Source: a virus (taxonomy: Duplodnaviria; Heunggongvirae; Uroviricota; Caudoviricetes). Taken from it: a DNA stretch of 64,000 bases. Both the position numbers and the translations under genes were made by a program. The first letter of the stretch is position 1; each line of letters begins with the position of its first letter. Where the stretch lies: the IMG/VR virus record IMGVR_UViG_3300033153_011579, one strand, 5' to 3'. The notes under the pieces were generated by a model. That model saw nothing but the letters and a program-made list of their open reading frames with translations. It was not told where the DNA came from and did not search any database. This document shows positions 50,995-61,304 of the stretch, one piece after another.

Positions 50995-51648
50995 ATGCCG
51001 TCGCCGCACAGCTATTACAGCTACCTGAAGATCTACAACGGGTCTGTGGGAGAATCGCCGCGCAAGGGGGCTTTTTACATCCCCAAGCATGGCGAGGCAC
51101 TCACGAGGATCGCCAAGCAGGCGTACGGGTTCGTGACCAGTACGCTCGCCGGCGTCCAGATGATCAACAGATCAGCATGGAATCGCAATGCGGCGAAGCA
51201 GGGTGCGTTCAAGTATCGCGTGACGTCGACTTCTTGCAAGTCGAAGATGGCCAACCCGGACAACGCGCTCACTACCCAGGGCTACAACAAGGGGGCCTGG
51301 CTCGCGCTGTGCCCGCCTTACCCGCTGTTCTGGATCCCGGCGAAGGCGGGCCAGATGCCGGAAGACCTCGCGCCTCCGGACGCCCCCCCCGGTCCCCCCG
51401 GAGCGACCTTCAAGGCACCGCCGAAGTCGCGTGGTGGAAGAGTGACGACGAAGAAGAGAGCCGGGGTCAAGACCACCAGGCAATCGCCCGGTCCGGGGAC
51501 GCAGTCGCCCTACTACCAGGGCCAGGGGACGTCGGGCTCGAGGAAGACGGCTCTCGCCGGCGTCGGGTCGCCGTGGATGCTGCTCGCCCTCGCGTTGCTC
51601 GCAGCCGGAGGATACGTATGGTACAGGCGGCGGAACAAGAAGAAGTAG
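50995..51648 (+). CDS. Protein with C-terminal TM and basic tail (217 aa)
   Basis: …WMLLALALLAAGGYVWYRRRNKKK. Confidence 0.5.
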   Translation: MPSPHSYYSYLKIYNGSVGESPRKGAFYIPKHGEALTRIAKQAYGFVTSTLAGVQMINRSAWNRNAAKQGAFKYRVTSTSCKSKMANPDNALTTQGYNKGAWLALCPPYPLFWIPAKAGQMPEDLAPPDAPPGPPGATFKAPPKSRGGRVTTKKRAGVKTTRQSPGPGTQSPYYQGQGTSGSRKTALAGVGSPWMLLALALLAAGGYVWYRRRNKKK

Positions 51649-51753
51649 AGACCAAGCGGTGCTCGATCTTCAAACCCTTCTCTGACCCTGTTTTTTCAAA
51701 GACAGTAACAGTCGTCCTTTGCCCTCGATGCGGGGCGACACCAGAGGTGATGC

Positions 51754-53571
51754 ATGGGTAACGAAAAGGGGCAGGAGCCCAAAACCCCTTCGAAGAGGAA
51801 GATGAACGACCGGAGGGTGACGCAGGCCCAGGTCGGCGTCGAGCAGCCGACCGACCGCGACGAGGGTTGGGACGTCTCGAAATTCCGGCAGATCATCTTT
51901 TCGATGCACCCGGTCGACCCGGACATCGACGACGTGGGTGCCGTCGGCTGGATCGCGTACGTCAAGGTCTGGCGCTTCAAGCTCGCCAACCGCTGGGGTA
52001 CCGGCAGCTCGGGAGGACAGTGGTACGCCGAGGACGAGCTCATCATCTCGATGGACGGCGATGTCGCGAACGGCGGCCCGATGGAGTACCAGCTGCCGAC
52101 GTGGAACGCCGAGAAGATGTTCTTCCAAGTGGTGCTCTCCGAGGGCGGTCCCGATACGTGGCAAGCCGCGCAGACCATCTCCGGGCTCGTCCCGCAGTCG
52201 TGCGAGTGCGAAGCGGACGTCGGCAGTATCGGTGGCGGCGGTGGGTCCGGTGGAATCGTCGTCTCGAACCTGTTCGATCTGATGGCCCACAACGACTACA
52301 CGTACAGCTCGCTTCGTGGCGATTTCGTCGCCACCAGGATTGCCGCGAACTCCATCCTGGTCAGCGGGCTCGACTTCGCGGTCGAAGAGCGGCAGATCCT
52401 GGCGATCGGCCTCAAGCGCTCGGGGACAACGTCCAGAACGCGCATGTGGTATCGCGACGACACCCTGCGTGTCGACTACACGCCAGGAACCTCGCTCATC
52501 GTGCACGCTGGCTTCACCAGCGACGCCCTGGACGAGGTGATCGTCTTCCTCGAGGGACCGTCCAAGGTGGACGACCCCACGAACCGAGCTCGACGCAACA
52601 AGACCGTCAACCCCGACCCGAAGCATGTCGCGACCGACGGGATTTTTCTCGACATCACGAAAGCCGAGCAGGCCGACGACGATTATTTCCCGTTCATGAT
52701 GAACCAGGACGGCTACCACTGGCTGTCGACGATGATCACCCTGACCGAGGACACCGTCGTGACGCTCGAGGCGACAAACGACCTCGCAGCGGACGGTGCC
52801 GAGGAATGGTACGACGTCACCGAGGAGGTGCTCGGCGTCGCCTCGGTCACCACGGCGAACGACGACCAGGCCTTCCCACCGCAGTGCTGGGTCGGCTGGC
52901 GACGGATGCGCTGGGTGGTCGGTGAGACCGGCTCTGGCGGTACCTGCAAGCTCTACATGCTGAGATCGGCCTATGGCAACCACTGGGTGCCCGTCGCCCG
53001 TGAGGGCCTCCCAGCGCTCCATGGCGGCCTCCCGGTGATGGGCGAAGCTCGAGCTGTCCAGGCCCCGGCCATCGCCGCGCTGTCCGCTGGGAAGTTCGTC
53101 ACGAACCTCTTCAAGGAGCTCGTCGGAGCAGCCTTCGACTGGGCCGTCGGAGCAGACCGCGGAGAAGAGGTCGACCCCGTCGACACGCGGGACTACACGA
53201 ACGTCATGGCCGAAGTCACCGGCCAAGGGGATGGTGATTTTTACTACTACCTCGACATGGCCCACTTCACAAAAGTGGGCATCCAGATCGAGAACGTCGA
53301 TGGAATAGCCGGCGACAACACCTACACGATCCATGGCTCGGAGCAGGACGACGGTACTGCACCGAACGCCGTTATCTACCAGGACATCACGCAGTTCGGG
53401 TGTGACAACATGAGAGCAGCCAACGCCGCGAACTACACGGCGGACGTCCTGTTGCAACTGAACGCCGCCGGGCTCTCGTACAAGTGGATCATGGTTCATG
53501 TCGAGCGCGCCAATGATGGCGCAAACACCGACGGCGAGTGGACCATCCTCGCCCGTCCGCTCTACCACTAG
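51754..53571 (+). CDS. Large putative spike/receptor-binding protein (605 aa)
   Basis: Largest late ORF, Gly-rich linker SIGGGGGSGGIV, beta-rich; no NTPase motif. Confidence 0.6.
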   Translation: MGNEKGQEPKTPSKRKMNDRRVTQAQVGVEQPTDRDEGWDVSKFRQIIFSMHPVDPDIDDVGAVGWIAYVKVWRFKLANRWGTGSSGGQWYAEDELIISMDGDVANGGPMEYQLPTWNAEKMFFQVVLSEGGPDTWQAAQTISGLVPQSCECEADVGSIGGGGGSGGIVVSNLFDLMAHNDYTYSSLRGDFVATRIAANSILVSGLDFAVEERQILAIGLKRSGTTSRTRMWYRDDTLRVDYTPGTSLIVHAGFTSDALDEVIVFLEGPSKVDDPTNRARRNKTVNPDPKHVATDGIFLDITKAEQADDDYFPFMMNQDGYHWLSTMITLTEDTVVTLEATNDLAADGAEEWYDVTEEVLGVASVTTANDDQAFPPQCWVGWRRMRWVVGETGSGGTCKLYMLRSAYGNHWVPVAREGLPALHGGLPVMGEARAVQAPAIAALSAGKFVTNLFKELVGAAFDWAVGADRGEEVDPVDTRDYTNVMAEVTGQGDGDFYYYLDMAHFTKVGIQIENVDGIAGDNTYTIHGSEQDDGTAPNAVIYQDITQFGCDNMRAANAANYTADVLLQLNAAGLSYKWIMVHVERANDGANTDGEWTILARPLYH

Positions 53572-53582
53572 GAGATTTTCAC

Positions 53583-53858
53583 GTGGGAATAGACATCAAA
53601 GCAGAACTCAGCAAGCTGGCGCTCGCCAACCTGGTCGATATTCCGCAATCTTCCGGAAAACCCCCAGGGGTGCCGGACATCACCAAAGCCAAGGCGCTCG
53701 CCGTTCTCAACAAGCTCCGCGAGATCGCCAAGCACAACGGCTACCGTGGGATCGCCAAGGCCGAAAAAATCCCCGAAAAATGGGTCAGGAAGCTCGACCT
53801 GCTGCGCAAGGAAGTCATCGCCGAGAAGCAACCCAAAGAGATCGAGGATCTCGAATAG
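53583..53858 (+). CDS. Hypothetical protein (91 aa, GTG start)
   Basis: SD GGAGA 7 nt upstream of GTG. Confidence 0.45.
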   Translation: MGIDIKAELSKLALANLVDIPQSSGKPPGVPDITKAKALAVLNKLREIAKHNGYRGIAKAEKIPEKWVRKLDLLRKEVIAEKQPKEIEDLE

Positions 53859-54467
53859 ATGCCCGCGTACTTCCACATCATCGACCCTAACGGCCACATC
53901 GTACGGATCGATGCGTCGACCCACGCCCAAACCACGATCGAGTACGAGCACCACGAAATCCATGGCTCCAGCTCGTTCACCTGCTGGTACGAGCAAGAGG
54001 TCTCGGACGATGGCGACCAATCGATCATCGCCTTCAAGACTCCCGCTGGAGCCAAGTGGGGCCACCTCACGTTTGCCGCCTCAGCCTCGCAGCCGGCGGA
54101 GGCCTGGATCCTCGAAGCCCCCGACGTCGTCGACAACACAGGAGCGCCGCTCGCAATCTGGAACAGAAACCGGGCCATCATCCTACCCAGCATAATGATC
54201 GACACCTCCCAGAACCCGGACGTCGTCGACCAGGCCACCTTCTTCACCGAGGTGACGATGGGTAACGTCACGGCTGGCGACGAGATCGACCACCAGCACC
54301 TCGAAGCGGGTCGGGGACCCCGTGCGATCGGCGGAGTATCCCGAGGCTCTCAGGAGTGGATACTCAAGCCCGAGGTCCACTATGCATTCATCGTCGAGTC
54401 CCTGAACGACGACACCAACGTCCACAACCTCCAGGTCAACTGGTACGAGCATACGGATAGAAACTGA
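53859..54467 (+). CDS. Hypothetical beta-rich protein (202 aa)
   Basis: ORF. Confidence 0.55.
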   Translation: MPAYFHIIDPNGHIVRIDASTHAQTTIEYEHHEIHGSSSFTCWYEQEVSDDGDQSIIAFKTPAGAKWGHLTFAASASQPAEAWILEAPDVVDNTGAPLAIWNRNRAIILPSIMIDTSQNPDVVDQATFFTEVTMGNVTAGDEIDHQHLEAGRGPRAIGGVSRGSQEWILKPEVHYAFIVESLNDDTNVHNLQVNWYEHTDRN

Positions 54468-55105
54468 TGAGCCGCCTTCTCCCACACGACGTTACCGCCG
54501 AAGACAGAATGCGCCGCTGTTTTTTTGGTACGCGGTTCCGTCGGCCGGGAGATGAAGTCGAGAAACAGGGTGTGATCAGCGGTGCGCCTGTTATCAATCG
54601 AGGTGCGACGTTCGATGGCGTGAACGACTACATCACCTACGGGTTGTGGGGGCAGTTCACCGATAAGGACCCCGTCTCGTTTCACTGCTTGTTCTACCCC
54701 AATATAGTCCCATCCGGCGCAATGACTGAGTTTCCGTTTTTTGATACGCCCGATGCTTCGTTGAACTACGCTTGCAGGTTGACAACGACTGGCACATTCC
54801 AGTTTCGTGTCGGCAACGTATCACTCATCAACATAGCTGTCGGGGTGTACTCCGCGCTGTGGAATAATGGCGGCCGAAACTTGGTGACACTGTCCTCAAC
54901 TAGCGGGGCGAGTGACATCATGTTCAACGGAACCGTGCTCGCTGCGGCTGTTGATACAGCTTGGACCCCGACGGTTGTCACTTCATTGGCCATTGGTCGG
55001 AGATCGGGTGCGCGATTCAACGGACGTATGGAGTCTCTCCACCTCTTCAACAGTCTCCTCAGCGAAGAAGACCACCAGGCGATCTGGGCTGGGGGAGGTG
55101 CCTGA
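54467..55105 (+). CDS. ConA/LamG-like domain protein, paralogue 1
   Basis: C-terminal NGRMESLHLFNSLLSEEDHQAIW typical of the LamG C-terminus. Confidence 0.5.
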   Translation: MSRLLPHDVTAEDRMRRCFFGTRFRRPGDEVEKQGVISGAPVINRGATFDGVNDYITYGLWGQFTDKDPVSFHCLFYPNIVPSGAMTEFPFFDTPDASLNYACRLTTTGTFQFRVGNVSLINIAVGVYSALWNNGGRNLVTLSSTSGASDIMFNGTVLAAAVDTAWTPTVVTSLAIGRRSGARFNGRMESLHLFNSLLSEEDHQAIWAGGGA

Positions 55106-55794
55106 TGGGCCTCTATAACTGGCGCAACAAGCTCCTCCTGGACCTGCCGATGTTGATGCGGGACCACGACCCCGGCAACACCCTGTCGGTCAACAGAGGG
55201 CGTGCGGGAGCGGCCCTCGATGCAACATGGACCGCTGGAGTCACTGCACCGACGAAGCTCGGATACCGGAGGGGGTACTCGTTCGATGGTGCCGACATTA
55301 TGTTGGTTGCGGATGATGCGTCAATCCGATTCGGTACTGGTGATTTCACTGTATTATCAACTTTTGGCACTACGCAGAGTGCGAATCCTGCCAGGACTAT
55401 CGTAGCGAAAGGCACTGTCGGCGTTGATGAGTGGTTGTTTTATCGCTTTGCCGCTGGAGGTATTCAAAGTATTAGATTTTACGGTGACGGTGGTGCACTC
55501 AACGTAACAGCTGTTTGGACTGGGCGGCATCAGGGCGTCAACACAGGCGTGTTTGTGCGTAGCGGTGATGACGGGTTTCTCTACATCGGAGGGCAGCAAG
55601 TAGCGACACAAGCAGGCATCGCAGCGGTTGATCTGAGCACGACAAAAGATGCTTCAATTGGATCTGCTAATGAGGGTGGTGAACGTTACTGGGTCGACGA
55701 CATCTACCACGTCGGCATGGCCAACTTCGCGCTGAGCCCCCATCAGGTCGCCCAGTACCACAGCACGATGATGCGGAGGCTCCATGCGCTTTGA
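55105..55794 (+). CDS. ConA/LamG-like domain protein, paralogue 2
   Basis: …DDIYHVGMANFALSPHQVAQYH; TGATG overlap. Confidence 0.5.
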   Translation: MGLYNWRNKLLLDLPMLMRDHDPGNTLSVNRGRAGAALDATWTAGVTAPTKLGYRRGYSFDGADIMLVADDASIRFGTGDFTVLSTFGTTQSANPARTIVAKGTVGVDEWLFYRFAAGGIQSIRFYGDGGALNVTAVWTGRHQGVNTGVFVRSGDDGFLYIGGQQVATQAGIAAVDLSTTKDASIGSANEGGERYWVDDIYHVGMANFALSPHQVAQYHSTMMRRLHAL

Positions 55795-55875
55795 CTTGCA
55801 AAGTAGTAGCGACATGAGGAGCTACCGGTCAGTCCCCGCAGGGGACAAGACTATCGGAACACCCGAGGTGTTACG

Positions 55876-56532
55876 ATGAGCTTCCTCCAGCAGTCGATCC
55901 GGGACCAGTCACTCGTCGAGTGGGTCGACCTGCGTCGTTGGAACGCCAACTTCAACGACCTCTCCGGTCAAGGGGCCGTCGGGACGCCCTCCGACGTCTG
56001 GTACGGTGGTGGTGGAGTGCAGTTCGCCAACGACGACGGCTACATCAGCGTGCCTGACGTCGCCGCACACCGAAACGACGCCCTGTCGATCGTAGTCGTC
56101 GGTGAGTTCGACAGGCTCGAGCGTCCCGCCGCCAACCCAGGATTCCTGCTCACCAGGATGGACGGCGGTGGAAACATCGAGTGGCAGTTCGGGATCGACG
56201 ACACTCCGCAACTGTTCTTCGTCGATACCAACGCGTCGGCGACAGTCACAAGAGCAGTCGACTACCGCGGCATGCGCTCGCTTGGGCTGACCACCACGAA
56301 TGGCGGTACGCCGATTGGTTACGGTCAAGGGCTCTCGCTCGGTAATTTCTCCGGTGCGGCAGACGTCGATGCAAACGTCGATATGCTGCTGTACCTCGGG
56401 AACAACGACGACTTCGACCGGTCGATGCTCAACCCCATGCACGCCGCCCTGCTCTTCAATCGACCTCTCGACGAAGAAGAGATGGCCGTCCTCCACGGCG
56501 AGCTCATGGCGCTCCCCGGAGGTGAGCACTGA
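55876..56532 (+). CDS. ConA/LamG-like domain protein, paralogue 3
   Basis: …LFNRPLDEEEMAVLHGEL. Confidence 0.5.
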   Translation: MSFLQQSIRDQSLVEWVDLRRWNANFNDLSGQGAVGTPSDVWYGGGGVQFANDDGYISVPDVAAHRNDALSIVVVGEFDRLERPAANPGFLLTRMDGGGNIEWQFGIDDTPQLFFVDTNASATVTRAVDYRGMRSLGLTTTNGGTPIGYGQGLSLGNFSGAADVDANVDMLLYLGNNDDFDRSMLNPMHAALLFNRPLDEEEMAVLHGELMALPGGEH

Positions 56533-57872
56533 TGCCGCGTGCATACGCCACACGACGAGTTCTCCTCGTGCCCGACCTCGCCGACCCCGCCCTCTACGGA
56601 GCGTGGACCATGGTGCCACGAGGTGGCCTCCTTGTTGACCACACTCCCCAAGGGAACGACGGCGTCCCAGGCGCGTCTTCCGGAGTCGAGCACACAATCC
56701 TCGGCCCGATGCGGAGGTATTGGCCGAATAGCGGAGCTGGCGGGTCCGTGATCGGTGCTCCTGGAGACTTCGCTCTGGGCGATCTGACATGCTGCTTTTG
56801 GACGCGGATGGATATTGGAGCTGCGCCTGATGCCTATGGGTTTGGCTACCGATTGAACAACAACGATCAGTGGTGGCTTCGCGTTCGTGCTGGGTTGGTC
56901 TCTATTTTCGACGACATCGATAATGCTGGAGCAAATCTGTACCAGACACTGGTTCAGGCGGGCAGGCTGGTTCACGTTGTTGGTGTGATGGATAATCTTG
57001 AAAATCTTCTGTACCTTGACAACGTCTTGGTGGGCTCGGGCACCTTTGCCTCTGACAACTGGGCGAGTTTTGCTGGGCAGTTGTATCACGGTGCGAGGAC
57101 CACTGGCGCTGATCCAGTTCAAGGCATCGTCTCACCCGCTCTCGTCCACAACGCAGCCAAGGACCAGGCCTGGGTCACCAAGGACTACATGAAGGGCGCT
57201 TCGGCCGTCCAGTTCAAAACCGACTGGGGCGTCAAACAGAGCGTCGGGAACGAAGTCGCCAACGCTCGCGTCGGCCACAATAGCTCGCCCTTCGAGATCG
57301 TCAGCGGTACCTGGCAGATGACCATGGACACCATCGACGGTGTCGACGTCAAGGTGATGGAGTGTATCGCTGCTGGAGTGGTCGGGATGCCGACCTCGCT
57401 GTTCGAGGCGACCCCAACCGAGGCGGCATTTGGGACGTGGGAGTGGTGGTTGACCAAGGTCGACGGCAGTTCACCTTATGTGATGTTCGCTGGATCTGAC
57501 CTTGCTGCTATAGCCGGTGGGACACAGAGCGGATACGACATTATTATCAACTCTGCCGAGCGTGTCTTTTTTCAAGAGTGTGCTGCTGGTGCTCCGGTAA
57601 GCTCTTGGTGGACTGACATCGATTATGTGACACCCGGATCATGGAACAAGTTCAGAGTCACTAGGAGATATGACGGCCAGTTCACCGTATACATGGATGA
57701 CGTTTTAATCAACGCGACTGGCGGTGTGGAGTCTAACCCCTTCACCGATCTGACCACCACGACAGCCAACTACGTCGTGCTCGAATTCGACGCCGGAGAT
57801 AAATTTGGGTATGCCGACCGTCGCGGCTCACACAGTTTCGTAAAATACCTCGGGGTCATCCCCCCAGGGTAG
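56532..57872 (+). CDS. ConA/LamG-like domain protein, paralogue 4 (446 aa)
   Basis: Jelly-roll-like composition, tandem with paralogues. Confidence 0.5.
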   Translation: MPRAYATRRVLLVPDLADPALYGAWTMVPRGGLLVDHTPQGNDGVPGASSGVEHTILGPMRRYWPNSGAGGSVIGAPGDFALGDLTCCFWTRMDIGAAPDAYGFGYRLNNNDQWWLRVRAGLVSIFDDIDNAGANLYQTLVQAGRLVHVVGVMDNLENLLYLDNVLVGSGTFASDNWASFAGQLYHGARTTGADPVQGIVSPALVHNAAKDQAWVTKDYMKGASAVQFKTDWGVKQSVGNEVANARVGHNSSPFEIVSGTWQMTMDTIDGVDVKVMECIAAGVVGMPTSLFEATPTEAAFGTWEWWLTKVDGSSPYVMFAGSDLAAIAGGTQSGYDIIINSAERVFFQECAAGAPVSSWWTDIDYVTPGSWNKFRVTRRYDGQFTVYMDDVLINATGGVESNPFTDLTTTTANYVVLEFDAGDKFGYADRRGSHSFVKYLGVIPPG

Positions 57873-57884
57873 GAGGATAGAAGG

Positions 57885-58640
57885 ATGGGCAACCAGTATT
57901 ACGGACGATCGTGGAACGAGCTGATGGAGCTCTGCACGGCCGAGTATCGGTTCTACCGAAACTCGCAGCGGAACTTCCGCCCGGCGAACATCGGTGCGGG
58001 AACCGGTGTCGCCGACATGGGCGAGTACCTGATCGACGCCGACAACGTGCCCAAGCAGTCGGTGTGTCTCGGGATGCCGGCCTTCTGTGTCGACTACCCC
58101 ACGGCCCACTTCAACTTCCCCCAGAACTTCGACGATACGATGGGGGCCGAGGACGCCTTTACCCTGGAGTACCTCGGTGTCGTCCAGGACCGCCTGATAC
58201 CAGATAGGTACATGGCCCTGGTCGGCGAAGATGGCGCGGCGACTCCCTACGTCGGGATCCGCGATGACAACCTGGTCGAGATGGATTTCGGCACGCAGCA
58301 GGTCTCGAACGGTCTCTGCGAGTGGTGGAAAGACGGTCTGATCCACTTCGTCGTCTCTCGGGCGGCTGGTGCAGCGCCCGAAACGGAAATTTACATCAAC
58401 GGAGTGCGGATCGACTTCGTCAGTCGTCTGGCTGGCGCGGGGGCCTTCACCGACGCCGCCGGCCAGATCTTCAACCACGCCGACAACAACGGAGACCAGC
58501 ACCCGTGGTGGGGTCACCACTTCATGCTCCGGCAATATTCGGCGGCGTTGAGGAAGTCCGAGGTCATCGAGATGTTCCAGGACGCGCAGCGCCTGATCCC
58601 GCATCACCTGATGCACATCCCGGTCGACTCGGCGGAGTAA
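57885..58640 (+). CDS. ConA/LamG-like domain protein, paralogue 5
   Basis: …RQYSAALRKSEVIEMFQDAQRLIP. Confidence 0.5.
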   Translation: MGNQYYGRSWNELMELCTAEYRFYRNSQRNFRPANIGAGTGVADMGEYLIDADNVPKQSVCLGMPAFCVDYPTAHFNFPQNFDDTMGAEDAFTLEYLGVVQDRLIPDRYMALVGEDGAATPYVGIRDDNLVEMDFGTQQVSNGLCEWWKDGLIHFVVSRAAGAAPETEIYINGVRIDFVSRLAGAGAFTDAAGQIFNHADNNGDQHPWWGHHFMLRQYSAALRKSEVIEMFQDAQRLIPHHLMHIPVDSAE

Positions 58641-58663
58641 GAACGAAGCGGTAGGAGGATAAC

Positions 58664-59158
58664 GTGGGAGACAGCGACACACTGATCGAGATCGCCAAGA
58701 GCCTGGGAGAGGTCAATGGCTCGATGGCCGGCGTCCATCGCGAGATGAAAGGTGTTCGTGGAGAGGTTCGAGAGCTGCGGGACGAGGTCAAGGAGATGCC
58801 CGACCAGTGGAGGGCGGAAGCTGCGGACATCGTCGAAAACTGCAGAGAGCGACGGGACGAGCTCGCCGAGGCGAAAGAGCGTGGGGAGTCCACCGCGGTC
58901 ACAAACCTCGCCAAGGAACAGGCAAGATCTCGGAGGCCGTCCACGCCTCCCCGGAAGCGCGACAGTTGGATCGACAGCGTCGTCAAGACGGCGATGAAGC
59001 CGGTCATCACTACGCTGGTGGTGGTCTGCATGGCCGCCGGCGCGGGGTTCGCCGTGTCCCACTGTAGCAACGGCAAAACGGTCGAGCCGGCTGATCTGAA
59101 GGCGCTCGAGGATAATTTGCTCGAGCGGTTCAAGAAGGTGAACGGAGGCGAGCGATGA
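58664..59158 (+). CDS. Coiled-coil protein with C-terminal TM (GTG start)
   Basis: SD GGTAGGAGGATAAC-GTG. Confidence 0.5.
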   Translation: MGDSDTLIEIAKSLGEVNGSMAGVHREMKGVRGEVRELRDEVKEMPDQWRAEAADIVENCRERRDELAEAKERGESTAVTNLAKEQARSRRPSTPPRKRDSWIDSVVKTAMKPVITTLVVVCMAAGAGFAVSHCSNGKTVEPADLKALEDNLLERFKKVNGGER

Positions 59159-59682
59159 GTAACCTCGACCCAGCTCTGTGCAAGTGGGAGCTGGTCAAGA
59201 AGTGGGACTATCAAGACGTCACCATGGAGCGGGCCTTTGCAGAAGGCGGCGGCCTGGTGGTCGGTGGCAAGCTCCGGGGCCACGCTGCTTCGGGATTCGT
59301 CCTGAGCGACCTCGGCGTCCCCTCTGAGCTGATCGACGAGATGGCCGATAAGTTCGGGAAGACGTGGGAGGTCCTCCTGTTCGTGACGTCTCCCCATCCG
59401 GTGGGTGCCGGGAACTTCACGCTTGCCGAAGAGGTGTATGCCCTGTGGGCCTACAAGGCGACCTGGCCGCCGCCGATGCACTCGTCGCTGGACTACGTCC
59501 CCGACGCGGTGCTGAGGAACGCGCGGCTGTTCAAGCTGCAGTGCCCGACGGAGGCCGCGCCCTGGCTCCAGAAGAAGAAAGAGCATTCGATGAAGCCCCG
59601 GAGCTCTATCTGGGTTCCCGTAATTGGCGGTTTTTGCCTGGTGGGAACCTGGTTGCTCGCGCGAAAAAGGAAGAAGCGGTGA
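59155..59682 (+). CDS. Protein with C-terminal TM and basic tail (175 aa)
   Basis: …IWVPVIGGFCLVGTWLLARKRKKR. Confidence 0.5.
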   Translation: MSNLDPALCKWELVKKWDYQDVTMERAFAEGGGLVVGGKLRGHAASGFVLSDLGVPSELIDEMADKFGKTWEVLLFVTSPHPVGAGNFTLAEEVYALWAYKATWPPPMHSSLDYVPDAVLRNARLFKLQCPTEAAPWLQKKKEHSMKPRSSIWVPVIGGFCLVGTWLLARKRKKR

Positions 59683-59712
59683 GCCACCGCTGGCAATATA
59701 GGAGGCCCACTG

Positions 59713-61014
59713 GTGGGTGACTGGGACAAAAAGTGCCGCGATCCTAAAACTGCAAAACTGGCTAGCCAGTGTGCGCGGCGTGGGTACCTGTCCGATAACA
59801 TAGGCGGCCTAGGCCGCTTCGGGACGGTGAAGACGTACGCCGCGCCAGAGCGAGGGCCTCTGGAGCGCGTGAAGTCCGCTGAGAACATGGGGCCGACCCG
59901 GTCTCAGCTGTTCACATGGACGACGAAGGTCCACGCGCCGAGCTGGAGCTTGCCCGCGGTTGGCACCTGTCCGGGGGCGTGTGGAGTCGACAAGAAGTCC
60001 ATCAGAGACACGAAGAAAATACCGAAAAAATGCCTCGGGTGCTACGCGTACAACGCGGGGAAGTACGGGACCGAAGAGGTGAAGAACGCTCAGCACCGGC
60101 GGTGGGCGTGGTTCGATTCTCAGCCCAAGAAGGAAGTCGTCAAGGGGTTGGTCGAGGCGATCAAGGTCTCCGGGCGAGACGATTGCACGACCAGCCGCGC
60201 GAAGAAGTCCGACCCGTGGACGTGCAAGAAGGACGAGGGCGGCCGGAAGGTATGCGCTCGCGAGGATCCGGTGACGTGCAAGACGACGGTGAGCGGGCTG
60301 CCGACACACTTCCGACTATTCGACTCGGGAGATTTCCACGACGCGAGAGCGGTATGGATCTGGCGGAGCGTCGCGAGAAAACTCCCGGACATCAAGTTCT
60401 GGGCTCCGACGACCGCGTGGATCGACCACAAGTACGAGCATCCCGAGGACAAGCAGAAGGAGGTCGACCTCCACCTCGAGCTCGGCCGGCTCGCGAAGAT
60501 GAAGAACGTTACTCTGCGGCCGAGCGCGTTGAGTCTCGACCGCGCAGCTCCCGACGTCGAGATCGGCGGCCGGAAGGTCGCGGGGAGCGGGATCGTCTCG
60601 TGGGAGGCGATGAAGACGACGGCCAAATGTCCGTGGGAGGACAAGCCGACGAAAAACAAGTGCAAGCGCACGTACCGGCACCTGCCGCAGGCGAAGACGC
60701 TGTCGGGCAAACCGGTCATTTACGACCCGGACGACGATTCGACCAGGCCGGAGAAGGTAAAGGTCAACGGGAAGGTCCACCGGCTCTGTCCGGGTGACTG
60801 TGCGAAGTGCATGGCGTGCTGGAACAAGCGAGAGCGGGTGGTGTACGTGCAGCACGGTCCTGACGCGAAGGCGAAGGAAAGGATGCTCGAGCGGGGCGAG
60901 GACATGCTCGAGTACATGGAATTGCTGTTCCCGCAATACGCGGACCTCGGGCCGGACAGTGCGGACCACCCGGCGCAACGGTTTTTGGCGGCACAGCGAA
61001 AGAAGGCCCACTAG
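59713..61014 (+). CDS. Cys-rich basic protein (433 aa, GTG start inside a CCCACTGGTGGG element)
   Basis: SD ATAGGAGG; multiple CxxC pairs; the stop TAG lies inside the CCCACTAGTGGG palindrome. Confidence 0.55.
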   Translation: MGDWDKKCRDPKTAKLASQCARRGYLSDNIGGLGRFGTVKTYAAPERGPLERVKSAENMGPTRSQLFTWTTKVHAPSWSLPAVGTCPGACGVDKKSIRDTKKIPKKCLGCYAYNAGKYGTEEVKNAQHRRWAWFDSQPKKEVVKGLVEAIKVSGRDDCTTSRAKKSDPWTCKKDEGGRKVCAREDPVTCKTTVSGLPTHFRLFDSGDFHDARAVWIWRSVARKLPDIKFWAPTTAWIDHKYEHPEDKQKEVDLHLELGRLAKMKNVTLRPSALSLDRAAPDVEIGGRKVAGSGIVSWEAMKTTAKCPWEDKPTKNKCKRTYRHLPQAKTLSGKPVIYDPDDDSTRPEKVKVNGKVHRLCPGDCAKCMACWNKRERVVYVQHGPDAKAKERMLERGEDMLEYMELLFPQYADLGPDSADHPAQRFLAAQRKKAH

Positions 61015-61039
61015 TGGGCTATTTTAAAGGAGGGCACTA

Positions 61040-61303
61040 GTGGCCAAACGAAGACCATGCAAAGGAGTAAGCGTCCGGCACGAGTTCAGCGGGCCGGTCG
61101 TCAGCAAAGGATATTCCACGGCGGAGGTAAGGTTCAAGAATGTAGGAAGGGACTTCCGAAACGAATTCGAGATCAAGTGCAAATATACCGACCCCAAGTC
61201 AAAAGTGAAAAAGTTAGTTGAGCGCATCAAGGTAGATGCGCAGCAAGAGGCAACCGACCGCGCCTGTGCACTGGTCAAGAGTCGTTGTAAGCGGAAGAAA
61301 TAA
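61040..61303 (+). CDS. Small basic protein (87 aa, GTG start inside a CACTAGTG element)
   Basis: SD AAAGGAGGG. Confidence 0.5.
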   Translation: MAKRRPCKGVSVRHEFSGPVVSKGYSTAEVRFKNVGRDFRNEFEIKCKYTDPKSKVKKLVERIKVDAQQEATDRACALVKSRCKRKK

Positions 61304-61304
61304 G

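Noticed and set aside
51670-53568. 632-aa minus-strand ORF
   Set aside because: Antisense to the 605-aa spike-like gene, with artefact composition.
59916-60797. 293-aa Arg-rich + ORF
   Set aside because: Out-of-frame overlap with the 433-aa Cys-rich gene 59713..61014.
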